Source: Meyerozyma guilliermondii
Lineage: Eukaryota
Assembly (NCBI GenBank): GCA_051546255.1
Contig: CP128821.1
Span: forward strand, 248,001 to 312,000
DNA: 64,000 nucleotides
Reading direction: 5' to 3'
This document shows positions 19,395 through 28,943 of this stretch, one piece after another (position 1 is the stretch's first letter; each line of letters starts with the position of its first letter). The notes beneath the pieces are model-generated. The model was not told the origin of the DNA, searched no databases, and saw only the letters and a list, made by a program, of their open reading frames with translations. Both the position numbers and the translations under genes were made by a program.

Positions 19395-21059
19395 TTAGTC
19401 AAGTAGTACTTCATCGTCGTCATCTTTCGACAATTCATGGAAAAATGGCTGCTTGAGAGCTTCCTTGGCTGAAAACCGCTTGGATGGATCCATATGAAAG
19501 CATCCATGTAACAATTGGAGCAAATGCTTGTGATCTTGATAATTTTCGAGATCTTTTTCAAACTCCTCACCATCACCTCCGGCACGCGGTTTGGCCAACC
19601 CATCGCCAGCATCATTGAACACCTTTAACGTGTCCTTCACCACACTGTCTTCTGGTAAGCTGTCATTGATCCATTCGTATCGCAATATTTCAGAAAGCAT
19701 TTGTACTATATTGCCATCACCCAATGAGCTTCCATCGGCAAGTGAGATCTCAAGACCACACCCATGAAGCTCAGCACATTTTTGAACCTTTTCCAACCCA
19801 AAGACGAGAGTTATTTCCATTAATGCATCGATATCGTCGGGAGAATTGAAAAAGGGAAACTTTCTTGATAGTAACGAGAGTCCAATGACACCTGCCGACC
19901 ATATATCAAGCTTAGTATTTTGATTGGTGCACTTGAAAAGCACCTCTGGGGCCCTAAAACCTCTGGTGCCTGCTCTATTAGCACGTCTGGGAGGCCGTTG
20001 ATCCTGTTTGGGGTATGCTGCTTTGACATTGAGCCTCCGCGAGTGGGACCTGCTGATGGGGCGGTCCGTGCTCAAGCAAGGACAAACATTAGTGTTTTTC
20101 CCTTGGGACGCTGTGTTCACTTGCTCGGCTAAACCAAAGTCGACAAGAACACCCTTGCCTTTAAATGGATCATACAAAAAGTTGGTCGGCTTGAGATCTC
20201 GGTGAATAATGCCCTTGTCGTGGATGAATTCTAGTGATTGAAGTAACTCCCACATGTATTTTTTGATGCCTTTTATGGGTAAGTCGCGGTAGAAATCACG
20301 GAAATCGGAATGCTTGTAGAAGGGTAATATAGCCACCACCTGGTCTTGGTATCTAAGAACATCCAAGAGTGGAGCCACGTGTGAGTTTCCGGAGAGCATG
20401 TATAGCAAGTTCAACTCGTTATGAATACGGCTGGGAGATGACGTTACGTAAATCTGTTTGAGAGCGACAACGGGATTCTTGTTCTTCTTGGTCTTCTCAT
20501 TGACCAACCCTCTCTTCAATGGAGGAGACTTCCAAACGTCAGAGCCCAACTTGACGGTCCCGTTCAAAGCTTCTGCTTTGTACACAGTGGAAAACGTCCC
20601 TTCTCCAATTTTATCTATTAGGCGGTAATCGGTGGATAACACTGGGAACCGCTCGACAAGTTTATGCATATCTTCAAGCACTTCCAAGGGAACTTCGTCA
20701 TCGTCAGGAAGTCCTGAGGTATTAGCAGCCTCGGCGGTTTCGTCGACGACTTCTATCTCCTCTTTTTTAGCCTTTAGATCTGGCTCATGAACCGTTTCTT
20801 CTGGCAATTCTGGTTTGAGTTTCGTCATAGATCGCAGCAAATTTCTAGTTCGAATGAAGTTGGTGGCCTGTTTCTTGGAAGCGCTTTCAGCCTTTGCACG
20901 TTTGAGTTCAGTTCCTGTTTTGTCATTGAAAGGATTGTCTTCACTGCTTGCAATTTTACGTTTTCGAGATGTTGATGATAAAGCCAACGCGTTTTTATCG
21001 CCCTTAGTAGGAGAGATACGGTCCCTCAACTTTTTGAATGTAGAGTAGAGGTTCTCCAT
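19395..21059 (-). CDS. CDC7: DDK catalytic subunit, Ser/Thr kinase
   Basis: KIGEGTFSTVYKA, VALKQIYVTSSPSRIHNEL, HRDLKPTNFL, DFGLA, RANRAGTRGFRAPEVL. Confidence 0.97.
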   Translation of the reverse strand: MENLYSTFKKLRDRISPTKGDKNALALSSTSRKRKIASSEDNPFNDKTGTELKRAKAESASKKQATNFIRTRNLLRSMTKLKPELPEETVHEPDLKAKKEEIEVVDETAEAANTSGLPDDDEVPLEVLEDMHKLVERFPVLSTDYRLIDKIGEGTFSTVYKAEALNGTVKLGSDVWKSPPLKRGLVNEKTKKNKNPVVALKQIYVTSSPSRIHNELNLLYMLSGNSHVAPLLDVLRYQDQVVAILPFYKHSDFRDFYRDLPIKGIKKYMWELLQSLEFIHDKGIIHRDLKPTNFLYDPFKGKGVLVDFGLAEQVNTASQGKNTNVCPCLSTDRPISRSHSRRLNVKAAYPKQDQRPPRRANRAGTRGFRAPEVLFKCTNQNTKLDIWSAGVIGLSLLSRKFPFFNSPDDIDALMEITLVFGLEKVQKCAELHGCGLEISLADGSSLGDGNIVQMLSEILRYEWINDSLPEDSVVKDTLKVFNDAGDGLAKPRAGGDGEEFEKDLENYQDHKHLLQLLHGCFHMDPSKRFSAKEALKQPFFHELSKDDDDEVLLD

Positions 21060-21271
21060 GGTAGGGAAAACTGCCTCTTACTCGTCTAAACTCTTCAAAA
21101 TTTTGGTTTAGGTTGGTCTATAACCCGTGGTAGTGATCTATGTTTACCTGACTGCAGGTAGGAGATGAAACTATTTGTCGGTGCAATGGGTGCCCAACCA
21201 CTGCGGGTGTAGCCGGTGCAAGTTTGTCGAAAATTTCTTCTGGTTAACGTTAGCTGTGTTGAATTGCCACG

Positions 21272-22381
21272 ATGTTTCGAACAGCCAACCCATTTAGTGG
21301 GGGTTTGAGGCCGCACAATGTAAACTCAGGCACCGTATTAGCCATAAGAACCCTCAAAAGACGCCCCGCATATCCTCAAACATACCAACCTCAGCTCGCA
21401 GACAAAACCCACCCGACCAAAGACCACTCTAGTTTCTTTCAAAGACACTTGAAGGCTTGGTTGGGCCCCAGAAACGTCAGGGGAGAGTACTACAGAAACA
21501 AGTATTACTACCCCCCACAAAATCACAAACCCAATTACATTGTTCCTGATGGAAACACTGTGGTGGATCCCAGTAAACCGGAAACGAATAACGATAGAAG
21601 AATGGGAAACACTAGAAGAGACCCTTCATTGCAGCCGTTCCCCCAGAACCCATACTGTAAGACGGCGCTTATGATATCTAATGAGTTGAAAGACACCATA
21701 TATCAACAAGTTCAACAAGGTGCTCACATCCAAGAAATCGCACACAAGTATGGTATAAAATTGGAACGAGTGGAAGCGATTGTTCGATTACAAGAAATTG
21801 AACGAGGATGGAAGAAAGAAGTAAGTATTTTATGATTTGGGATTATGATGAGATTGCTTTTAAAATTTTCGATTAGTCTTGAAGACAACCCCATGGTTAG
21901 CAATAGCACCCTGAACACCCATATGCAACGAGATGTTTTACTAACTCAGAACAAAATCTCCCAAGACATGGAAAAGTTTGCCAGTGTCATGTACAAGATG
22001 TTTCCTCTCTTTGAACCACCAGTAGACGCTGAAAACTTGACGGAAATTCCTACCCCACAAAGAACATTGCATCAACGGTTCTTAACCATTTCCGAGTCGG
22101 AGCCTTTCGGACCTGTAGATGCAGCAGAGATTTTTGGCTTGGAACCAGCCCAGCAGACGTTGGACAACTTGACCGAATTCAAAGATACCACTGCTAACTC
22201 CAATACCAGAACAAATGAGGTGTTAATTGGCAAACAGAAGCAAGGCGATAGTGCAGTTTTCAAGTTCACCCACGCCCAGTCTGGTAATGTTGGTTTCAGG
22301 TATGGTGCGTCACGCAGAGACAGAAAGAAGGACCGGGCCATTGGTTTCGACAAGGCCGGAAAGATGGTCAACATGGTATAA
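21272..22381 (+). CDS. MRPS35: Mitochondrial small-subunit ribosomal protein mS45; join(21272..21820,21950..22381)
   Basis: WLGPRNVRGEY, QPFPQNPYC, FLTISESEPFGPVDAA, VGFRYGASRRDRKKDR; a phase-0 intron joins the two track ORFs in frame (...WKKE|NKISQDM...). Confidence 0.9.
21821..21949 (+). other. Spliceosomal intron in MRPS35 (129 nt)
   Basis: GTAAGT at 21821, TACTAAC at 21939-21945, CAG at 21947-21949; contains an in-frame TGA at 21833-21835. Confidence 0.9.
21838..21921 (+). ncRNA. Intronic box C/D snoRNA with an LSU-rRNA antisense element (possibly snR58-like)
   Basis: C box ATGATGA 21845-21851, D' TTGA 21879-21882 preceded by TTCGATTAGTC (21868-21878, complementary to conserved LSU GACUAAUCGAA), D box CTGA 21911-21914, terminal stem TGGG/CCCA. 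Confidence 0.8.
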
Positions 22382-22486
22382 GTGGTGTATGTATGTATAT
22401 AGTAACGCACTGAAAACCCATGCACGTGACCAATGCGCGAAACGACACGTCTGAAAACTCAAATCACCACGACGAATACTTCTGTG

Positions 22487-23146
22487 ATGCTTGCTGGTTT
22501 CTCTGGTCTTGAAAGAGTTCTTGTTGGGCTCTTCGCCTTTATCCTGGTAGCTTCGGCCTCGGCTCTCACATTTGCCCTTGGAGCTCAAGAAACTCAATGC
22601 TACTACATTTTGATTGAAAAACCAAAAACGTCCATCAGTTACTACTTCGCCGTTCAAAGTGGGGGAGCTTTTGACATTGACTATACCATCAAAAACCCAA
22701 GAGGAGAGGTGATCGACCTGGGAGAGAAGAAAAGACAGGGAGAATTTGTCATTCTTGCCGATATAACTGGAGAATACGAGGTGTGTTTCGCCAATGGCAT
22801 GTCTACGTTTGCTGAAAAAGTGATTGATTTTGAAATCACATTTGCTGAAAATGACCACACTGACTTCAGAGCCAACTTGCCAGACCAGCCCAATGCCAAG
22901 CCACTCCAGCATGTTGGTAATATGCTCTCTACGGTGGAGAAAATCGATGAGCAATTGGACAACCTTCAAAGAACATTGCAGTATTACAAAACAAGAAATA
23001 ACAGAAACCATGCGACTGTCAAGTCGACAGAGTCGAGAATCTACTACTTTTCTATTTTCGAGGTGTTGTTGATGGTGGGAATGGCATTCTTGCAAATTAC
23101 CGTGGTGCAATTGTTCTTCCGTGGAGCAAGAAAACAATTGGTTTAA
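22487..23146 (+). CDS. ERP3: p24/GOLD-domain ER-Golgi cargo receptor (gamma subfamily)
   Basis: Signal peptide from ATG 22487, ISYYFAVQSGG, GEYEVCFAN, coiled coil, TM segment and C-terminal FF motif. The exact paralog assignment is less certain. Confidence 0.8.
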   Translation: MLAGFSGLERVLVGLFAFILVASASALTFALGAQETQCYYILIEKPKTSISYYFAVQSGGAFDIDYTIKNPRGEVIDLGEKKRQGEFVILADITGEYEVCFANGMSTFAEKVIDFEITFAENDHTDFRANLPDQPNAKPLQHVGNMLSTVEKIDEQLDNLQRTLQYYKTRNNRNHATVKSTESRIYYFSIFEVLLMVGMAFLQITVVQLFFRGARKQLV

Positions 23147-23221
23147 TCTCAGCATATATAGCCAGTTGGTAATGCTAACTCGTTTATTCTATACCTCTTC
23201 ATTATCTATGATACAATTGTT

Positions 23222-24223
23222 TTATTGTCCAATAGGACAGTTGCGCAAGTAGTCAGCCTTGTTCTTCAACACTCTCACCGACTTGAAGAAGATTTCTTCC
23301 GGAGGCATGGCTCCAGTAGATTCCACATTGAAAATGAAGTGGTCTCTGATTCGGCCCAACTTGACCTTGCCATTAAACTCTTCATGTCTCAAAACTTCTC
23401 GAGAAACAGTATCTTTACGAGCATCCTTTACGAATGCAGTGTCATTTTCTATGCCAATAACACCCGATGGGAAGCATTTTTGGAACCTTTTGGCCAGTTC
23501 ACCGGTTATAGGCTCGGTGATTTTGATGTCTGACATCAATCTGTATGAAGCAGTAGAAACGGGGGAGAATTTGGCATGATCACTGCCAATTCCTAATATA
23601 CAATGAGCCCTCAAAGAAATTTCTTGTCCAGGCCGTAACTTTGCAATCAAAATATCTGGATCCGTTGGTACTACTGGGTTGTTTTTGAACAAGTCAACTT
23701 GACGTCCTTGTGGCTCGAATTTCAAATCTCTGGCATAGACATGGGCGTTTCTGTACAAATCTTTAGGGTCTGTAGAACCAGCAGGTGGATGAGGATTCTT
23801 GGTACATGCAATGTCCAACGACAACACAATGGTATTCTCGTCGGTAAACTTCTCTTTCTCGTCTTGAGCAGGGTCGACCCATGACAACAAATCGGGGTCA
23901 ACCTTCAAAGGAATGAGTCCAATTCTATGAGCCAAAACTTCATCTTGGATCACCGAAGTGTTGTTAAAAATATACACCGACTCAGCCGCAACAGAGGGGA
24001 CCTCCGATATCATAATACGGCGGAAAGCATTAGCCACGGAAGTGTCAATGTTGATCAAATCGAAGTTGGCGGTTCTCTCAGTCAAGTGAGAAATGTTGAT
24101 TTCAAAGTTATCTTTGAACTTTTCGATGTCCCACGAATGATCCTCGTTGGAACTATGACCGGGAAAGTCGGTCGAGGTGGTGTTAGTTACACGATTGTAC
24201 TCAATACCAACGATGTTGGACAT
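23222..24223 (-). CDS. RPC40: RNA polymerase I/III shared subunit AC40
   Basis: MSNIVGIEYNRVTNTTSTDFPG, DTSVANAFRRIMISEVP, AKLRPGQEI, HAKFSPVSTASYR. Confidence 0.97.
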   Translation of the reverse strand: MSNIVGIEYNRVTNTTSTDFPGHSSNEDHSWDIEKFKDNFEINISHLTERTANFDLINIDTSVANAFRRIMISEVPSVAAESVYIFNNTSVIQDEVLAHRIGLIPLKVDPDLLSWVDPAQDEKEKFTDENTIVLSLDIACTKNPHPPAGSTDPKDLYRNAHVYARDLKFEPQGRQVDLFKNNPVVPTDPDILIAKLRPGQEISLRAHCILGIGSDHAKFSPVSTASYRLMSDIKITEPITGELAKRFQKCFPSGVIGIENDTAFVKDARKDTVSREVLRHEEFNGKVKLGRIRDHFIFNVESTGAMPPEEIFFKSVRVLKNKADYLRNCPIGQ

Positions 24224-24232
24224 CTTGAAGCA

Positions 24233-24253
24233 GCGATGAGGATGAATTTTTTT
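24233..24253. promoter_or_regulatory. PAC (GCGATGAG) plus RRPE-like element upstream of RPC40
   Basis: GCGATGAG 24233-24240 followed by TGAATTTTTTT; fits a ribosome-biogenesis gene. Confidence 0.65.
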
Positions 24254-24459
24254 CTGTTCCGCAAGTAAATTCCTGCACAATACCCGATGGTTGCAGCCAT
24301 AGACAGCTATAGAAGCAGCCAGAGGGGAGCCATTGTCCAGTAAAGATATTGGAGTAGAGATTTCCAGTTACAAGAAACCCCTTAAAACATCCTCGAAAAG
24401 TTTCATCTTGAATTGTTGTCCATTTTGTTAGTTTTAATTTGTGCAAGAACTTAGGCTGA

Positions 24460-25173
24460 CTACACCACATCGCCCATCTGATCAAATACCGAGGTTTGTC
24501 GCATATTGTAATCCACGTATGCTTTTTGTTGCGCTTTCATGGCTTCTAGAGGTCGTATTTCCATAAGAAAGACGTTTCCTGTAAATCCATTGCCGTTCAA
24601 TCGTTCACGGAGCTGGTCATTTTCTTCAGAAGACACTTCCTTTTGAACAGGTTGTACTATATCCGGATCTTCTACCTGACACATCAAGATGAAATAGATC
24701 CATATTACAGCAAAAGTTATGATATCGTAAAAAATGAGCTCAAATCTGGAACTTGCCGGCGATTCGCCGATGAATTGAAGAGTCAATGAACCATGCAAAA
24801 GATGGTCATTTGTGTATGTTTTGAAGACACCAAAGATCAAGTGATACGCCAAGCTGAATAGGTATGTGGCAATGGTGCGCTGTCCGATCATCATTGCTTC
24901 ATCAGTACTGGTTTCTTTGCCATTTCCTCGGCAGAGAGAAACCCTATAATGCATGTTAAATTTGACCACGAGCAACACAAGTGAGTTATCTCGAAGATAC
25001 ATGATGCCGAGTAGTATGTAACCTAGTGCCAGAAAGCTCTGGCGTATATCACGAAGAAATAGCTTCTTTTGCTTGTAGAGCGATTCGGCATTTGTAGATC
25101 GCGTTTGTTCGTCATTGGGAAATTTTTGGTTTTGAAACCCCCTGATTTCAGCCAGGAGATCAAGTGTGTTCAT
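24460..25173 (-). CDS. Fungal membrane protein, DUF1746-like (Dsc4/Vld1/Gld1-related)
   Basis: Several hydrophobic segments, YLRDNS and LHGSLTLQFIGE motifs; first ATG at 25173. Confidence 0.6.
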   Translation of the reverse strand: MNTLDLLAEIRGFQNQKFPNDEQTRSTNAESLYKQKKLFLRDIRQSFLALGYILLGIMYLRDNSLVLLVVKFNMHYRVSLCRGNGKETSTDEAMMIGQRTIATYLFSLAYHLIFGVFKTYTNDHLLHGSLTLQFIGESPASSRFELIFYDIITFAVIWIYFILMCQVEDPDIVQPVQKEVSSEENDQLRERLNGNGFTGNVFLMEIRPLEAMKAQQKAYVDYNMRQTSVFDQMGDVV

Positions 25174-25314
25174 GGACAAAGGCGGCTTTGCTATCAAAGA
25201 TTCATATATTTCAACCTTTGTCTAAAAATAAATTGTCAGTTGAGATTGAAGTCGCGCGAATGCGATTGTGGAGAAATATTCTGTAAGCTTGTAGAAAAAA
25301 TTGTCTATTATCGT

Positions 25315-28300
25315 CTATGTTTGGGATTGAGTCCCTTTTCTATTAATCAGCACAAGAAGATCACCTGCCAATGACGACACTTCGTCAAAAATAGCACTTT
25401 TGTTGATGATGATTTCTTCCTTGCTTATAGGTTTGACATTAATACCAACGGTTACCTTGAATTTTTTTGGTGTGAGAATGTTGGGCAAAAACAATCCTCC
25501 AATCACACTCTTGTCTTGCAAGTTGCATTTTCGAGCAAAGAAGATGGCTACATTGCCATATTTCTTATTGAGCTCTTCAACAAGTATTTGAGGGAGACTC
25601 ACCTTTGAAGTTATATCTTCTGGAAAAGAGGTCTCAACTCCAATCAAGTTCTTGAAAGCACGTCCCTTGAGCACTCCCATATCCTTAGATAAGTCTGTTG
25701 ATTTCAAATTGAGAACAAAATCAAAGTCACTCAATCCAGGAACAAATACCAAGTCCAAGTTTGCCTTATTGATTCCCTTGTCCAAAAAGACCTTCAATGC
25801 TAGACGACTAAGGGCAGTAATACGCCCAGCAATCGGAAGCGTCAACCCATTGGACCACAAAATTCCCGAAGGATCATCTTTGGATGCTACGAAAAACTGT
25901 GTCTTGATCCCCGTTGGGTCGCTCTTTCTGATCTTGTCAAAATTCAGAACAATCACTTGATGCGCCTGAGTAGTGAGTTTGTCAGAGCCTTTCAACAGAC
26001 TATCTTCCAAGTCCAGTTTCTTCACCAAATCCAAAATGAGTGGATCGTCTCGCCAGTTCCACGACGATAAGAATGACAAGACTTGTAAAAACCCTGCAAT
26101 AACTGAGTTGGGAGTGGAGTATGGAGCCGAATCGATGAACACCTTGAGCACAAGTAACTCCACGAGCTCCTCAGATATGTGCTGTAATATAAGTTGCGAG
26201 TCCAACCAGTACTTGAACAACCTCACTGTTGAGGAATAGAATGGATAGTGGTGAGCCAACGTGGATACCGTTCTAGTATGCTTGACACACCCAAGATAGT
26301 GCCTATTGAACTTCAAGTATACATCATGGGCAATTGGCTTCCGTCTGTCTGCATTCTCCACGGCACGCAAGTATAAGATTTCATCCCGCTCGGTCAAAAC
26401 TCTGATTCGAAATCCAAATCCTTCTGGTGTAAGAACATGAAGTGTCGTTACATTTTCGTTAAAGGGAATAGAATCATCCTTGACAATGTGAGACTCATAA
26501 GCGGTGTCGGCGAGTTCCTTTTGAATCTTGAGCAAAAATGCAGTTTTGGTTTTCTCAAGTGCCGCCAATTCGTCGGGCCATCTGGTGGAAGTCTCGAATT
26601 GAAGGACTACATCATTCCAAAAGTCCGGGCTGGCAATTGCGAAGGGAACAGGCTGCAACAAGGAACTGAATCTCAAAGCTGGTGAAGCGGGAGAAATCGC
26701 CTTGACACCCAACGGCAAGCTTAAGTCGCTAATATTTTTCGTAAGTCGCTCAAATGAGCTTGCAAGATTAATGAACCCTGATAAATTAGTTGGAGCCTGG
26801 TTATTAGCAGCAGGTAATAAGGGAGTAGGCAACAATGCATTGAATTCGGAAGCAGCACATTCGACATGTTGGGAAATGCCTTCAACCAAATGCATATCCA
26901 AAATGTACTTGACGATTGAAGTAGCAAGAGGTTCAGACCCAATGTTCCACACAACACAATACTGAATAGAACCGTCTTTAAACCGACGAAGAGATGATTT
27001 GGAACCCCAGAAAGATCTAAACAGCTCACCTTCTGGGTCGTCTTCCGCTGGGCCCCTGGTGACTAGTTTCTCACTTTCTTCGGGGTTTATTTTAATACCT
27101 ATTTCCAACTCACTGACGGTATTTGACGAAGGTTTCCTTTTGTAGATTTGGAAAGGTTTTGAGTTCTTGGTTTTCATCTTGGTATAAATGAGGTTTGCTC
27201 TAGCTCCAAGTGCCTTGACCAAAATCCGATACACCTTTTCCTTGATATACGCCTCAAATGTCAAATATGTGATCTTTTCAAGAGGACCAAAAGAGTCCTG
27301 GACCTCCTCTGGAATCGACACTCGCAAAACCAAGTCGAATTGCAAGTCGTCGATGTTGGATTTTTGAAGCAAGATGGGATCAAACCGGTCTTTGACAACG
27401 TCGTTCAAAAGAATAAGGGTTTCCCTCGCATGAAATTGTAATCTTTCGTACGACGATTGGGTCATTTTCCAAAGAATATTGAGCTTCAGGTAACGGTCTA
27501 CTATAGCTGGGTAATCGTATTCCGAGTCAGCAACATATTTGGAACTGGAACCTACGTCCACTGCACTTGAAAGCGAGAGATATCCCTTGGATAAATCCAT
27601 GGACGCAAGATAGTTGATGGTACCTTTGAAAAGTTGGTAAGACGAGAAACCTTGAAGAAGTATCTTGTTTCCGTTGGTTCCTCCACCCGTGAGAAGAGCA
27701 GCCATAAGAACTGCAAACTCGAAATGGCCAAATCCTCCATCGCTCAAGGCCGAACTCATACCTCTTTGGCTCAACCATAAGCGACCAAGAATACAAGCAT
27801 CTTTAAATGCCTCAGCCGCTTTTTTGTTGGTGTAAAGATATTTGAGGTAATGGTCGTATGCTGTCATGGAAAGAATGGAAGAATTATAGAGCGGTGTGGG
27901 CGGAAGCTCGTCGTCCGACTGGACTCTGATGCAGTTTCTGTCATGGCTTAATTTCTTGGAGTCAAAAATACCGAAGGGAAATCCAACCAAAATATTAATA
28001 TAGAAACCAGTATCGTGGAAGTCGAGGTCCTCTTCGGCGTCAGTCTTGATGCTTTCAATACGTAAGACAGGGTTGAGGATGTCATCGTTGAAGAACTCGT
28101 ATGTTATCTTTAAGGGAAGGTTGTTTTTCTTTGACAATGGGATGAGGTGTTCTGCCACATATGCAATGTAGAATGCTCTTTTATAAAGAGCACGATAATT
28201 CAAGTAATCTTTTGGTTGAAACAACTCTTGAGGCATGGTCAATGCAACATCTATGGCCGTTGGACTGCGTTCGTTGATGGCAGCTTTTAATCCAAATGAT

Positions 28301-28800
28301 CCTACTAATGATATATCTTGCGGTGGAAGGTAGCCAAAGGTGTAGTTTAGCGAGGTGGGTTTGGGGTCAGGAAATGGAATCACGGTTTTCTTATGGTTGA
28401 AGTGGCTTTCCGCCTGAGCAAGGGTCTGGTTTTCAATGGGGGTTATCTGTTCTATTAAGCCATGGAGGCGGTGGAGCACCTTTTCGAGTCGGGTGATGTG
28501 AGAATCTTTTAGCTTGACTTCTTTAAGAAGTTCTTCAATTTGAAGCTTGAAAATATTGGATTTGAAGAGCTCTGCGGTTTCTCTCGCTATTTGTACATCC
28601 TCGGCAGAAAGCTGTTTTTTGGTCTTCTTTTTTGGAGGTTGTTTCGATTCGGTTTCCTGAGTTTCCACTTCTTCAGCTTCATCTTCTGAGTCGTCCGAGA
28701 GTCCAGATGAAGAAATATTGTGGTTCTCCTCGGTCTCGAAATGCGCAGGAGCTGCTGTGTCCTTGGGTACCTCACCAACAGGAGCTTTTCTCTTGCCCAT
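25315..28800 (-). CDS. UTP22: U3 snoRNA-associated protein 22 (Nrap family)
   Basis: MGKRK start, ARETAELFKSNIFKLQIEELL, KDYLNYR, GGFGHFEF, FWGSKSSLRRFKDGSI. Confidence 0.95.
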   Translation of the reverse strand: MGKRKAPVGEVPKDTAAPAHFETEENHNISSSGLSDDSEDEAEEVETQETESKQPPKKKTKKQLSAEDVQIARETAELFKSNIFKLQIEELLKEVKLKDSHITRLEKVLHRLHGLIEQITPIENQTLAQAESHFNHKKTVIPFPDPKPTSLNYTFGYLPPQDISLVGSFGLKAAINERSPTAIDVALTMPQELFQPKDYLNYRALYKRAFYIAYVAEHLIPLSKKNNLPLKITYEFFNDDILNPVLRIESIKTDAEEDLDFHDTGFYINILVGFPFGIFDSKKLSHDRNCIRVQSDDELPPTPLYNSSILSMTAYDHYLKYLYTNKKAAEAFKDACILGRLWLSQRGMSSALSDGGFGHFEFAVLMAALLTGGGTNGNKILLQGFSSYQLFKGTINYLASMDLSKGYLSLSSAVDVGSSSKYVADSEYDYPAIVDRYLKLNILWKMTQSSYERLQFHARETLILLNDVVKDRFDPILLQKSNIDDLQFDLVLRVSIPEEVQDSFGPLEKITYLTFEAYIKEKVYRILVKALGARANLIYTKMKTKNSKPFQIYKRKPSSNTVSELEIGIKINPEESEKLVTRGPAEDDPEGELFRSFWGSKSSLRRFKDGSIQYCVVWNIGSEPLATSIVKYILDMHLVEGISQHVECAASEFNALLPTPLLPAANNQAPTNLSGFINLASSFERLTKNISDLSLPLGVKAISPASPALRFSSLLQPVPFAIASPDFWNDVVLQFETSTRWPDELAALEKTKTAFLLKIQKELADTAYESHIVKDDSIPFNENVTTLHVLTPEGFGFRIRVLTERDEILYLRAVENADRRKPIAHDVYLKFNRHYLGCVKHTRTVSTLAHHYPFYSSTVRLFKYWLDSQLILQHISEELVELLVLKVFIDSAPYSTPNSVIAGFLQVLSFLSSWNWRDDPLILDLVKKLDLEDSLLKGSDKLTTQAHQVIVLNFDKIRKSDPTGIKTQFFVASKDDPSGILWSNGLTLPIAGRITALSRLALKVFLDKGINKANLDLVFVPGLSDFDFVLNLKSTDLSKDMGVLKGRAFKNLIGVETSFPEDITSKVSLPQILVEELNKKYGNVAIFFARKCNLQDKSVIGGLFLPNILTPKKFKVTVGINVKPISKEEIIINKSAIFDEVSSLAGDLLVLINRKGTQSQT

Positions 28801-28846
28801 TCTGTGGATCGTGTGTAAGTAGACTGGTATCGACGATTGGTTTTTT

Positions 28847-28913
28847 CGATGAGATGCGCGCACGACCCCAGGTCTTGTATACGATGTTCCAAGATGTCGC
28901 ACCGATTATACGA
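28847..28913. promoter_or_regulatory. PAC motif plus two Upc2/Ecm22 sterol response elements in the shared UTP22/ERG7 promoter
   Basis: CGATGAG 28847-28853; TATACGA (reverse complement TCGTATA) at 28878-28884 and 28907-28913. Confidence 0.7.
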
Positions 28914-28943
28914 GTAGTCGGTTTTGCAATCGAAAACTATAAA

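Noticed and set aside
22310..23155. 281-aa minus-strand ORF
   Set aside because: Antisense to the p24 gene.
28632..28943. Overlapping N-terminal extensions of ERG7 and UTP22 in the ORF track
   Set aside because: They rely on upstream non-ATG starts; conserved N-termini begin at 28944 and 28800, and the gap holds promoter motifs.
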